A stretch of 63,466 nt of DNA, filler included, from Aduncisulcus paluster (taxonomy: Eukaryota): assembly GCA_024181965.1 (NCBI GenBank). It is 16 parts of 16 records of this genome, joined end to end, with 100 filler letters (N's around TTAATTAATTAA, not from the genome) between each part and the next. Parts side by side here need not be neighbours in the genome. Positions count along the whole stretch, not along the records: positions 25,255 to 28,294 come from BQXS01011810.1; positions 28,395 to 30,395 come from BQXS01011812.1; positions 30,496 to 36,713 come from BQXS01011813.1; 13 more parts are not named here. The stretch is one strand, 5' to 3'. Shown in pieces: positions 25,256 through 36,813 of this stretch. Under the pieces are notes generated by a model. It was given only the letters and a program-made list of their open reading frames with translations. It made no database searches and was not told where the DNA came from. Each line of letters starts with the position of its first letter. Within the stretch, counting starts at the first letter, position 1. The translations under genes were made by a program, and so were the position numbers.

Positions 25256-27484
25256 AGGAAGGAGAAACACAATGTTGATTTTGACATTGTTCATATTGCA
25301 AAACCTTTATCCTCTGCTCATTCGACTTCAGAGGGAAAGAATGATGATATATATATTAACAACCCAACCTCTACCATAACCTCTGATTCTTCTTCCTCTT
25401 CCTCTTCTACTTCCCAAAAGAATCACCTTTTTTCTCCTTTTACTTCCTTACACGTAGCTTCAGATGCACCTTTAACACGCCCATCTGGCACTTCTTCTCA
25501 CATTAACGGCTCTTCTCCCTCATATATTGACATGTATTCTGAAGGTGGGAGGCATTTTTCCATTCCCTTGTGCTCTTTATCCACCGATACGAGCGGAAAT
25601 GTTGTTTTGCCTCTTTCTTTGTTGCGACGCTTTGTTAATCTACTCGATGGAAGTGAAGCAAAAGAAGGAGGAGGAGGGAAAGAAGAAGAGGGAGAGGAGG
25701 AAACGAAGTTTGTTGGAGAATTGCATCAATTGCTCAATGAAGCCGAAGCAGGAGAAGAGAAGGAAAGAGGAGAGAAGCAAGAAAAGAAGGAAGAAAAGAA
25801 GGAAGAAAAGAAGGAAGAAAAGAAGGAAGATGATATAATTGTATCGGATAATATAGGGAATGTTAAACAATCTAAGAAAGATATCAGTTTTGTACAGTCA
25901 ACAAGAGGACAACAAGAGGAAGAGAAAGAAGAAGAAGAAGAAGAGGATGAGGATGAGGAGGAAGAAGAAGAAGAAGCGGAAAAGAATGACTATGATATTG
26001 AGCCTATGTCTGAGTTGGCAAGAGAAGAATATATTTTGCGACAGAAAGAAGAGCAGTTGAAAAAAGCTGAAGATCGACTTTCATTATCCAAAATCTCATT
26101 TTTACCAAACACCCTTCATGAAGAATCAACAGTTATGAAAGACACGGAACATGATGATTTTGTCTCGACCTTTGAAAGGGCTGACATCAAGCAAGGACCT
26201 GGAATACCATCAACTACGCATGGTGTTGACAAGAGTGATCTGTTTGATTCAATTCACTCATTGTCTACTTATGAACAGATGAGAAATGAGGAATCTGAGG
26301 AAGAAAATGATATTCCTGGATGGGGAACATCTACTGCTTTTTCGGATGTTTTGTCTCGATCTGCCTTGGAAACCTCTGGAACCACAAAAGAACCAACAAA
26401 ACGTTCATTAGCAAGTACAACCACATCTTTTTACTCTCCTCGAGATTCCTCAGTGGATAAATATTCATCTTCACAACCTCTCTCCAAATCCCTTTTGAAT
26501 TCTTCACCAATTCTTCAATTTGATATCGGACCTGATGGACATCGAATGAGATCATCTCTCCATCCAACACCCGCTAAAAAGTGCTCGGATTCAGATATCT
26601 CGAAAACTATGCCGTCTGTGACAAAGAAGAGATCTGATCATAACAAATTTACTGAGTTTAGTTCTTCTGTTGCTTCATCCAGATCTTCGATTGAACCATC
26701 CAGGGCTCGAACAATCCACTCATTAGCCCACAACGGCAGACCAGTATCCTCTCCATCTTACACCCATCGATCCCCACTGTCTGATCGTCTCTCCTCAACT
26801 ATGAACTCTCTATCAACTGGACGGCCTGATATCGGTGTTATGATGGATCGTCTGCACAAAGCAGCTGAACTTGATAAGAAACACAAGAAAAATGGAACAA
26901 AGCCCAAATTTGTTACTGATACTTATTTTTCACCCCAAGAAACAACGAGAACTCTCCCTAAGAGTTCAAGAATGAAGAGGAAAGAAGATCACCTTTCACC
27001 TGAACGTTCATCTATCTTTATGAGTCCCAAGAGGGCGGTATATGGCGAAGATTCATATGCATATGATCGACTTTCACAGTCAATGAATCCTTATTCTTCC
27101 CCAATTGTAAAAGCTCCCTATTCCTCTCAGAAAATCAAACCACTTGTCGGATCCCATTTTTCGACCGTTGATGTTGATGACCGCCGATCTCATCAAATTC
27201 ATTCATCTCGATTGGATGGTGATCATCAAAGAAATGGTGAGTATCCTTTCTCATTCAACCATTCGACTCTTTGGTCATCTTCTGTATCACCTGCATATAG
27301 TGCTTCCATTGCTGATCTTAAAGGGAGGAAAGAGATGATAGCGAAACTTCGAGCAGAGAAACATGCTCCACTTCACCGAACTCAAAGAGAGTCTATAACC
27401 CACCAATTTGACACAACATATTCATTTTCATTACCTGTAGGAAGGAGAGAGGAAGAGATTTACAGAACAACTATGGATGATTGA
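25256..27484 (+). CDS. Acidic, Ser-rich disordered hypothetical protein, 5' partial
   Basis: The frame is open from the contig edge (RKEKHNVDFD...) into the 650-aa ORF; KKEE repeats and poly-Glu. Confidence 0.75.
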   Translation, partial: RKEKHNVDFDIVHIAKPLSSAHSTSEGKNDDIYINNPTSTITSDSSSSSSSTSQKNHLFSPFTSLHVASDAPLTRPSGTSSHINGSSPSYIDMYSEGGRHFSIPLCSLSTDTSGNVVLPLSLLRRFVNLLDGSEAKEGGGGKEEEGEEETKFVGELHQLLNEAEAGEEKERGEKQEKKEEKKEEKKEEKKEDDIIVSDNIGNVKQSKKDISFVQSTRGQQEEEKEEEEEEDEDEEEEEEEAEKNDYDIEPMSELAREEYILRQKEEQLKKAEDRLSLSKISFLPNTLHEESTVMKDTEHDDFVSTFERADIKQGPGIPSTTHGVDKSDLFDSIHSLSTYEQMRNEESEEENDIPGWGTSTAFSDVLSRSALETSGTTKEPTKRSLASTTTSFYSPRDSSVDKYSSSQPLSKSLLNSSPILQFDIGPDGHRMRSSLHPTPAKKCSDSDISKTMPSVTKKRSDHNKFTEFSSSVASSRSSIEPSRARTIHSLAHNGRPVSSPSYTHRSPLSDRLSSTMNSLSTGRPDIGVMMDRLHKAAELDKKHKKNGTKPKFVTDTYFSPQETTRTLPKSSRMKRKEDHLSPERSSIFMSPKRAVYGEDSYAYDRLSQSMNPYSSPIVKAPYSSQKIKPLVGSHFSTVDVDDRRSHQIHSSRLDGDHQRNGEYPFSFNHSTLWSSSVSPAYSASIADLKGRKEMIAKLRAEKHAPLHRTQRESITHQFDTTYSFSLPVGRREEEIYRTTMDD

Positions 27485-27725
27485 AAGCTATGAGATAATG
27501 TTCGCTTCCAACGTGCAATCGAATCAATGATTCAAGAAGGAATTTCCTGAAGGAAACATGGAGTACTGCTACAATTTGTGAGGCAGAGAGAGTCTACCAT
27601 TTCATCTGCAAATCTCACAGTTGGTTCCACGATTCACCACAGTAAAAAAACATACATCATCAGTCCGATCATTCAACTAATGACTCATTGAATGGGACTT
27701 TGAATCGAACCCATTCCAAATATCA

Positions 27726-28294
27726 TCAAGGCATTTGTTTGATTGCCCGTCTCACAATCTGTCGTGACCTGATCACTTTCCCTTTCTTCCTCTTATTCTT
27801 CGTGCTTCTTCTGCTCTCCTGCAAAGCATCGGCATCACATTCATCCTCAGCACGACCAGAAGGGACATGGACACTCTTATCTGAGGATATTCTTGGATGA
27901 GCATCATCATTCTCCTCTTTTGACGACATCTTCGGCATCGATGTCGATTTCTTCCGTATCATCACTTTCTTCTGCAATCTCTTCTTCTGCTTCTGCTTCT
28001 GCTTTTGCTTCTGTTTGTTCTCCTTTGCTTTCTCTGAGTCTTGGATTTCTCTCATTCTATCGTCATCGTCAGAAGAGGAAGAACAGGAATAAGAGGAAGA
28101 AGGATTTGAATCTGGATCATGAACATCATGTTGAATCATTACTGGAGATGTCATTGAAGGAAGAACAGACACCATTTCTTCTTCTGCATCTTGAACTGGA
28201 TGCAAGGGACGCAAGGGATGCAAGGGATGGATCTTATTTGCTGACTCCTCTTTCGTAACAAGACCTTGATTCAATAACGTCTTCTTCTTCCTCC
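27726..28294 (-). CDS. Low-complexity hypothetical protein, 3' fragment
   Basis: Minus-strand ORF reaching the contig edge; KQ repeats and a basic end. Confidence 0.5.
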
Positions 28295-28394
28295 NNNNNN
28301 NNNNNNNNNNNNNNNNNNNNNNNNNNNNNNNNNNNNNNTTAATTAATTAANNNNNNNNNNNNNNNNNNNNNNNNNNNNNNNNNNNNNNNNNNNN

Positions 28395-30395
28395 CTTTGA
28401 GAATCGTTTCTCAAACTCCCTCTGAATTGATATTTCAAACAATCTCTCCTCTTCTTCTTCTTCTTTTCGAACCCTTTCCTCCTCTTCTTCGAGATCTTCT
28501 TCTTCTTCTCCGACTCCGTGTTGACTGACTTGAGATATTTGAGTTGGTTCAATTTGAAGATGTCTTTTAGTCTGCCTGATTTTCTCTCTCATTTCCCTTA
28601 GTTTCTCTCTCTCAACTTCTCTTCTTGCATGTTCAAATTCAGTAATTTCTTCCAGTTCTCTCCAACAGAGTCTTCTTATCTTCCACACCTTCTCTTCTTC
28701 TTCGCTGATACCTATCCTTACACAGCCATATGATATGGAAAGCAAGGGGGGCGAGAAGAGAGGAAGAGAGGCAAACGAGGGAGTGGTCGTCAGGGAACCA
28801 GAGTCACAGCCATGGTTAGTCGGTGGACTCGATTGAGTTGTTGTTGAGGTAGAAGGAAGTGGTTGAGAAGAAATATGATGAATATGTCTATTTTTAGATG
28901 AATTGCCATTGGTTACACCACCTCCAGGACCTGATTCTGTCGTAAAGGCAGTGGCTACACCTGTAGTTGAAGCATGGTGGACAACAAATGAGGGATTATG
29001 TGTCTGCTTTTGGTTTTGAGAAACTCTCAAACATAGACACACTGCTTCGTCTTCTTCCACGTCATACATCATGACTGCAAACGTTGGAGGAGGATGCTCA
29101 TTCACTTGTGGGGACATATTTATGGCTGTCGTTGAACGTTTGAGACCACATGCAGCGCAGGGAAATAGAGGAACATCAATTGTTGAATCTTCCTCCTCTT
29201 CTTCCTCTTCCTCCTCTTCTTCTTCTTCCTCTTCTTCTTCCTCTTCTTCTTCATGTTCATGGCATTCCTTTTTATCATGTTTCCTTGCCTTTCTCTTCCA
29301 CGCTCTCTCTTCTTCTCTCTCTCTCTGTCTTTCTTCTGCTTTAAACTGCTCCATCCATCTTTTTACCTCAGAACATACACACCAAGAATGGATGATTCCT
29401 TTATCAAGAGCTAATAGACGCCACACAAAGGGAGAACAACTACCACAAACACAATGAGTTTCATCATAACTCCTTGTACAATGATATTTATCACAAGAAT
29501 GAGGGCTATCAATGGAAAGGGATGGAGAAGAACCAGAGTTCCGCCAATGTTTTCGACCTCCTTCTTCTTGCTTTTCTTCTTCTTGTTCTTCTTGCTCTTC
29601 TTGCTCTTCTTGGTCTTCAGAATCATAACAATTCTCGTTAAGTTCGAGTTCATCAATACCCCGAACTCTACCACAAACAAGGATCATTCCCGCACTCTCA
29701 CAGACATTCCACACACAAACTCTCCCAGAGAGACCAGAGAACAGAGGAAAAGTAGACGTGGGTGCAAGAGAGGCGACTTGATGACGAGAAGAATCATTGG
29801 GATTGCCAGACAAAGATTGATCTTTCAGAGCACACACGGACACTGTTCCATCTTCGGAGATAGTCAAGATAGCACTATGCTTGTCTGATATACTCTTTTT
29901 GTTTGTCATATCATCATATGTCACTCTCTCTCTCTCCCTATTGATGTTGACATTGATGCATGTTCGGACACATTACCTTTAACATGACTCTTACTCTTAT
30001 ATTGTTGAATATCAGCACTTCCTTCACATCCATGTTCTTGTTCTTGTTCACATCCATGCTGCCCATGTTCTTGTCCATCTCCATGCTCAGCACCATCTCT
30101 ATGTTCTTGTCCTTCAGAATGAGTGCTTTGTATAGATTCCTGAGAGAGATTAGTGAAGAGATTATCAGTGCAACACATGGTCCATATAGTCTGCATGGGA
30201 GAGAAGCGGGAGGAAGGAGATGAAGAGGAAGGAGAAGAGAGCTGAGGGAACTGTGCATCAAGAGAATGATACCTGGAGAAACTTCCTCCTTTGGGGGTTG
30301 TTCCTTCATAGATTCCTGAGTGTCTGGATGCAGTGGAGAGAGGAGTTCTTGGTTCATCCATTGACTGAGTTCCAGCGACTCGATCAGTAGTAGTG
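28395..30395 (-). CDS. Hypothetical low-complexity protein split by a frameshift in a (GA)n tract near 29924-29936
   Basis: ORF 30361-29921 ends GRERE*. ORF 29924-28395 continues in the -1 frame (VTYDDM). One extra GA unit would fuse them. Confidence 0.65.
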
Positions 30396-30495
30396 NNNNN
30401 NNNNNNNNNNNNNNNNNNNNNNNNNNNNNNNNNNNNNNNTTAATTAATTAANNNNNNNNNNNNNNNNNNNNNNNNNNNNNNNNNNNNNNNNNNNN

Positions 30496-30717
30496 GTAAG
30501 TCCTGACGTTTTGATCGATATTTACTCACGTTATCTTGCAAAAAAGACCAGAGACAGCCGAGAGTTTCATTCTAAATCGTATGCCACAAAAGAGGCCATC
30601 CAGGATTGTGTATATCGATCAATTGGGGTGGATTCTCTCGGTTCTGAATCATTCACTCACGATGACATGGCCGAATACGAGCGAGTTATCTCTGTTCTCA
30701 GATCAAAAATAATGTAA
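30496..30717 (+). CDS. 3' fragment of an unknown protein
   Basis: Open from the contig edge to TAA (...YERVISVLRSKIM*), followed by AT-rich sequence. Confidence 0.5.
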   Translation, partial: VSPDVLIDIYSRYLAKKTRDSREFHSKSYATKEAIQDCVYRSIGVDSLGSESFTHDDMAEYERVISVLRSKIM

Positions 30718-31328
30718 ATATACAGATTTATTGAGAGAACAATATTAATTATATATTAATTAGTGTCAATGAAACGAGTACCATGACTATGATAGTCAGA
30801 CTATCTCACAGCTGGATATGAATGAAGATAAGGTCCAATGGTAGCCCATTGGTTCTGTTTTCAAGGAATATAATAATCCTTTCTTCTCTCAACAAATCCT
30901 CTCGGCCAAGTCTTGAAGAATGCAAAGAAAGATCCAAAAAGAAAGAATCCACCGACTATTTCATGAAAGAAATGGGGCGGACTCTTTGGGAATAGAAATA
31001 ATTTTGTCTTGGACAATATTTTTGTGCCACAATATTACCAGTGGTAAGAACCTTTCTGGAGGGAAGTTCCCTGGTTCACTAATGCAATATTATTTATATA
31101 TTTTATTTATTTCCAATGAAAATAATCACGAATTACCATTAATTCTCCTCCAAATGTCTCCTGAATTCCCCTGCTAGTCAAAAAGGGCTTTTTTGCTGGA
31201 TCTTGACATATTTACAACAAAGAAAGTCTAAAAATGGGAATGATAGTAAAATGATCAATATTTACAGATGAATATTATCTTTCATTCTATTTTGTCAAGA
31301 AAAAAAGAAATATTCAGATTAAGTAAAA

Positions 31329-31413
31329 TGCAAGAAGTGGGATTCGAACCCACGCGTGCTACATACACAGTGGGGCTTAAATCCACCGCCTTAGACCACT
31401 CGGCCATTCTTGC
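31329..31413 (-). tRNA. tRNA-Leu (anticodon TAA)
   Basis: GCAAGAA/TTCTTGC acceptor stem, GGCCGAGTGGTCTAAGGC D-arm, anticodon loop TTTAAGC, long variable arm, GTGGGTTCGAATCCCAC T-arm, followed by a TTTT terminator. Confidence 0.95.
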
Positions 31414-31763
31414 TGAGATTTTGAGAAAATATACTCTTATTTTAAAGAGAAGTCACAAATAGTGAGAGATCGAGGAAAATAGCAAGGATAGCATTCGATT
31501 TATTTGATTGTGTACCATATTTTACCTATAATATATGGGAAAACGTGAAAATAATTTCAGATTTGATTGTTCGAATTCTGATAATATTTTGAGAAAATAT
31601 GCCTAGATATCATCGAATATATCATTTACTAAAGTAGGTTACTCAAGATAATATTATAGCATAGGCCATCATATGTTATTTCATGGATTATTATCATCCG
31701 ATTTTTTGGCCTAGATTCTAGACAGATAGATCACACTCCCAATCAATCATGAAAAGGGACCAA

Positions 31764-34700
31764 CTATTCATAACTATTTAATGTATATTCTTCCTCCTCT
31801 TCATCGGCAAACTCGGCAGGTTGTTTATAATCTTCTTCCGATGCTGCTAAAGACTCTTCTTCCATGGCATCAGCCACGATAAAGTTCTCAAGTCTTCGAA
31901 TACGTTCGCTGTCAACTTCTCCTTCGCTTAACTCCAGGTGTCCATCCTCCACAATCACTTGGTCAACCCATATATTCCTTGATCGATGCACAGAAGAACT
32001 TCTCTTCTTCTTGTCCTTAAATACTTGAGAATGATGGAGAGATACTTGTGTTTCCATGGGCGATTCTCTTCGCTTACCGACAGTACTATGATGAGATATA
32101 CTCCTTGGATCAGCAATATAACTCGTATCGATAATATCTTGCTCTCTGGTGCCAGCTTTAGATTTCATACGCTCATTGATTTTTCTCATTGAATCCTCCA
32201 TTTTACGAAGTTCATGCTTTAAATCTGAGCAAACTTGGAGCCGGACTTGCCATTCCCTTGACACAATCGAATTGATTTTCTCACCCTCAGTAGAAACAAG
32301 GTGAATCGTATCACCAAGACAGATAAGCGTACGACCAATGGAAGAAGCACAGTCCATTTCTATCGAATCTGCCTTATTCAGGAGTAAATGTGCACGACAC
32401 ATGATCTGTTCGCTTGAACTCATCGGGACTAGAGCACACAGTCCAATGAGAGACCCAATGCGTTTCTTAGATGCAAGAGAAACTGAAGATCCCGACACCC
32501 ACGACTGGTCTAAAACAATATAACGACTCGAATGTGATGTCGTTGGGACACGTGGGCCTGAGGATTTTCCACCAGAGCGTCTGTTCTTTCTTTGCCAGCT
32601 GCTTGGCTTGGATTTTTTGCTTGGAAACACGGGTTGTTTACCCTCAGAAATATTTTTCATTTTCGTTCCATTTTCTTTGATAAACTTCCCAACACTTCTA
32701 ACGAGAGAGAAAGTTGAGCGAGGCCTCAGGGCTAAATACTTTGATAATTCATTTGAAATGGACTCTGGTGTTGTTCGATATGTATTAATGATATTCTTGA
32801 TTGAATTTGAAATATACTCAAGGGATGACACGACCAGGGGATGTGAAAACATCACAGAAAATGGGATTGAGAGCATGAAAGATAGTGATTGCGTCAGGTG
32901 AAAGAGCGATAAAGATATGATTTGAGGAGAGGAAATAAGGAGAGACATTGTTGAAGAGAATTCATGGTCAATATGTTCATTATTGGGAGAAGAGTCAGAA
33001 GAAGGGGATCCGTCAGATGAAAGCTTGTTAACAGAGCGCAAAAAACGTTTCTCGGCGGCTTGATCGTGAATGATTGAAAATAGAGAAAGAGAGAGAGAGG
33101 AAGAGTTGCCAGTGAGTAAAGATAAGAGAACAGTATGAAGGAAAGAGAAGTCAGGGTTGACAACAATATCGGTTTTCTCTTTAGAATCGACATGGACAGG
33201 AGAATGTTTGTGTGGAATTGCTTTGTTTCTAGTATCAGGGGTATTACCGACGGATTTATCAATATTCTTGATTTTCTCAATCGATTTTTCCTCTTTCTTG
33301 GAAGATTCGAGAGAACCATCAGAAAACGAAGGGACGGTCTTCTCATCTTCAGATTCCTCCTCAGATTCCTTTCTCCTCTCCCCCTTTTCCTTGCTGCTCC
33401 CATGGTCCTTATCGTGTGAACTTGTACTATTCCTCAGAAAGGACATCACATCCACACTGCTTCGTTCAAAAATAGAAGGTGTCAACATTGATTGATGCGC
33501 CTTTGAAAAGAGCGAAGATATATATGGATTTGCCATGGATGAATTCTTGACCCAGCCGGAGGAAGAACCACTCAGAGCAGCAGAAGAGGACGTCCTCCAA
33601 GATGCTCCACGTGTGGGTGTGGTTAATAAGGGATTCATACCAGATTTAGAACTTCGAGAAGAACTGTCATACTCTTTGTGACTACCATGCCTTCCTGATT
33701 TTGATAAAGACTTTGAATCAGAACCCGAGATGCCATCAGTCGCGTGTCCATGATGGAATGAAATGCCAGACATGGATGATTGCTGCTCTTTCCTCCTTCT
33801 CTCTGCCCGTTCCTTCCAAAGGTTATCATAGGCTCTCCTCTGAACATGACGGAGAGACCGGTGACTGATGGTGCAGAGACATATAGGTAATGTACGAGAG
33901 AAGGTGATTTGAACATACCGAGAGAGTAGATTGAGTATTAAAGATGCGAAGAAATGCAGCTTCAGTACACATTGAATAGAGTTCACAAAGGCTGGAGAGT
34001 GCATGACTCCAATAAGAATCGATCCAAATTCAGACATATGAACTCGATCGGCATCAGAGTCAGATCTCATAGCAGATCTCTTAGATTCACATTGGAAAGC
34101 ATATGAACATACTTGGCCACATATTGCAAGCATATCAATGAGGTGACAGAGGGGATCGACTAATAACTTTATGGGGGTTGCTGAGAACGAAAGAAATTCA
34201 ATGTTATGACTAACCCTATTATATTCCAAATTATACCATTCCAAGATCTTTGAAAAGTGATTCACAATGGCGCAATCCTGAGAGTTTAGGTGAGAGCTGA
34301 TCGCAGTAAGATTGATGCCAAACAGTTGATTCTGTTGGCGATTTGATGATGGTGAACCCTCATGATATATAAAATCCTTATAATATTGGTCTTTCTCAAA
34401 GGAACCGCCATCTGAAGAAATTATACTGTTTATGCGATTAAATATTCCATTCGAGAGAGATTCAATGGCATTGACAACCTCAGATTTAACAGAAGAAGCA
34501 AGATCAACACAAGAGACGAACAGAGTAGAATGTGAGTAAAAAGTAGAATAGTAATTAATGAGAGATAGAACATGTGTTGAGGATTCAGGTAGAGGAGGAA
34601 TCGAGGATATAGATCCAGTCGTTGTCATTGTATTATCAANNNNNNNNNNNNNNNNNNNNTCGAGAGAGATTCAATGGCATTGACAACCTCAGATTTAACA

Positions 34701-36713
34701 GAAGAAGCAAGATCAACACAAGAGACGAACAGAGTAGAATGTGAGTAAAAAGTAGAATAGTAATTAATGAGAGATAGAACATGTGTTGAGGATTCAGGTA
34801 GAGGAGGAATCGAGGATATAGATCCAGTCGTTGTCATTGTATTATCAATATCACCCACAAGTGCAGAAGGAACGGTGATCGTTGGTGCATCATCACCATT
34901 GTGCAGATCTATACGCTGTGTGGCACTGCCAGGGATGATTGTGTCCTCTTTCTGCTGTTGTTTCAATGGATTTGACCCCATTGCTAACCCACTGTGATCA
35001 ATAGTACAGTATAGTGATCCTTGATGAGGTCTCTCACTTGATGTCAGAGTCGAAGGTATAATTATCTCTCTTCCTCTTGTTGCTGACTTGCTTTGAGCCA
35101 TCATAGTCGTTGTTGGGGTTGGGGGAAGGGAAGGAGTGCCAACTGTCTTGGTATGTGATGGAAAAGCGATATCTTGGACCAATCCACATAGAAATGGGAC
35201 AAATTCCACAAGCGATGTATTGTAACAATTGCTGGAACGGATTGTAGAGCACACAGAAGATATCAGTGAAACGAGCCTGAACTTATCGAGAGATGTATCA
35301 TCACAGGGTAAAAACAACAAAAACAAAGACATGCAGATCGAAAAGGGGAATAAACGTTTCGATTCCTCTTCTTTAAGGTAATCTTCACCTTTTCTCCTTG
35401 TTTTCCCGTCTGTTCCATGTGTTTCGGAAGGAGATCCTTCAGAAGAATTGAGGAGAGAAATTAATTTGGTTCTTTTCTTCCCAAAGATGAATATATGTTT
35501 CAGCAAGACAGAAAGAGCATGAATCATCCCTCTGGTGGGGGAAGAAGGAAACTCTTTCATGGACTGAGCAACTTCTGCAACAACTCTTTTGGCATCAGGT
35601 TCTGTAGGACAGTACATTTTATATGCGGAAACATACTTTGGCGGCGAATACATATGACACAGACACCCTCCGAGATTACACAGGATTGAGAAGAACCTTT
35701 GGATCAACATGGAAGGATATGGCATGTTCACAGATGGTGAAGAAGCGGAAGAGCGAACAAGGGAAGAGATGGGGAGAGATTGAGCCCTGGGGGACATAGA
35801 GCCATCCCAATCTTCACAGAGGAAAATGTCATGGGACAAAGGCACACTAGAATCCCTTGGATACAAAAAATGAGATGACAGAAGACCAGGAACATCAGGA
35901 TGACCATCAGGACCATTCTTGGGTTCCTTCCGACTGAGCATCCATGCACAAATAAGTTGTTCCGAGATATCAACAAGGGCAATCATACGCCGTCTCCACT
36001 CACTGAGTAAAGTTTCCTCATATTCAAGTTTCTCACGATCTGTTTTACGACCCCTTTTCTCTGGTTTGCTATTTTTAGATGATATTTTAATTGAGGAATA
36101 AAATGAAGCCAATGTTGAACACTGACAGAGAGGATACAATGCTTCATCAAGGGAAAGCATAGTCGGCTCATATACAAGAGGATCACTGGGGCCTGCCTTT
36201 GGCAATCGTGGACGTCCTCGCTGAGGTTTAGATGCCGAAGGATCCTCTAAATGCTCATTAGAGCTGTCAATGGCAACCCTCTTGACATATTCGACCTCGG
36301 GAAAAGAACGAAGGGATCGACGGTCTGATGAGACATCAAATATAGGCTTCTGTAATTCTTTGAGAGCTTGTTGTCGTCTGGCTTCAAGTTTGGCATTCAG
36401 TTTCTTCCGTTCTTCTTCTTCCTCTTTTCGCAATTTGGCTTCGGCTTCTATCCGTTTTTCTTCCCGTTTCTTCATTTCTGCCATTTGCTCTTTTTGTTTC
36501 TGCTTCTCTTCAGCGGATAATCTTCCCTTGGGCCGACCACGCTTTCTTTTTACAACCTTATTACCCAATCCAAGATTCTTGGCGGCCGAAGCAGCGGCAG
36601 TGGCGGCAGCGACGGCAGCAGCGATATCCAACTGTTTTGGAGGGTGGTCTGGTCTTAATGACTGCTGTTTCTGTGTCTTTGATGCAGACATAAGTGATCC
36701 CATTGCGACAACG
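31764..36713 (-). CDS. Large AT-hook-containing hypothetical protein; one gene, split in the ORF track by a gap-flanking duplication
   Basis: Motifs KRKRGRPKGR, QRGRPR and KRGRK. 34451-34639 is duplicated at 34660-34848 around the 20-N gap, so the 692-aa and 954-aa ORFs overlap and merge. Confidence 0.75.
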
Positions 36714-36813
36714 NNNNNNNNNNNNNNNNNNNNNNNNNNNNNNNNNNNNNNNNNNNNTTAATTAATTAANNNNNNNNNNNNNNNNNNNNNNNNNNNNNNN
36801 NNNNNNNNNNNNN

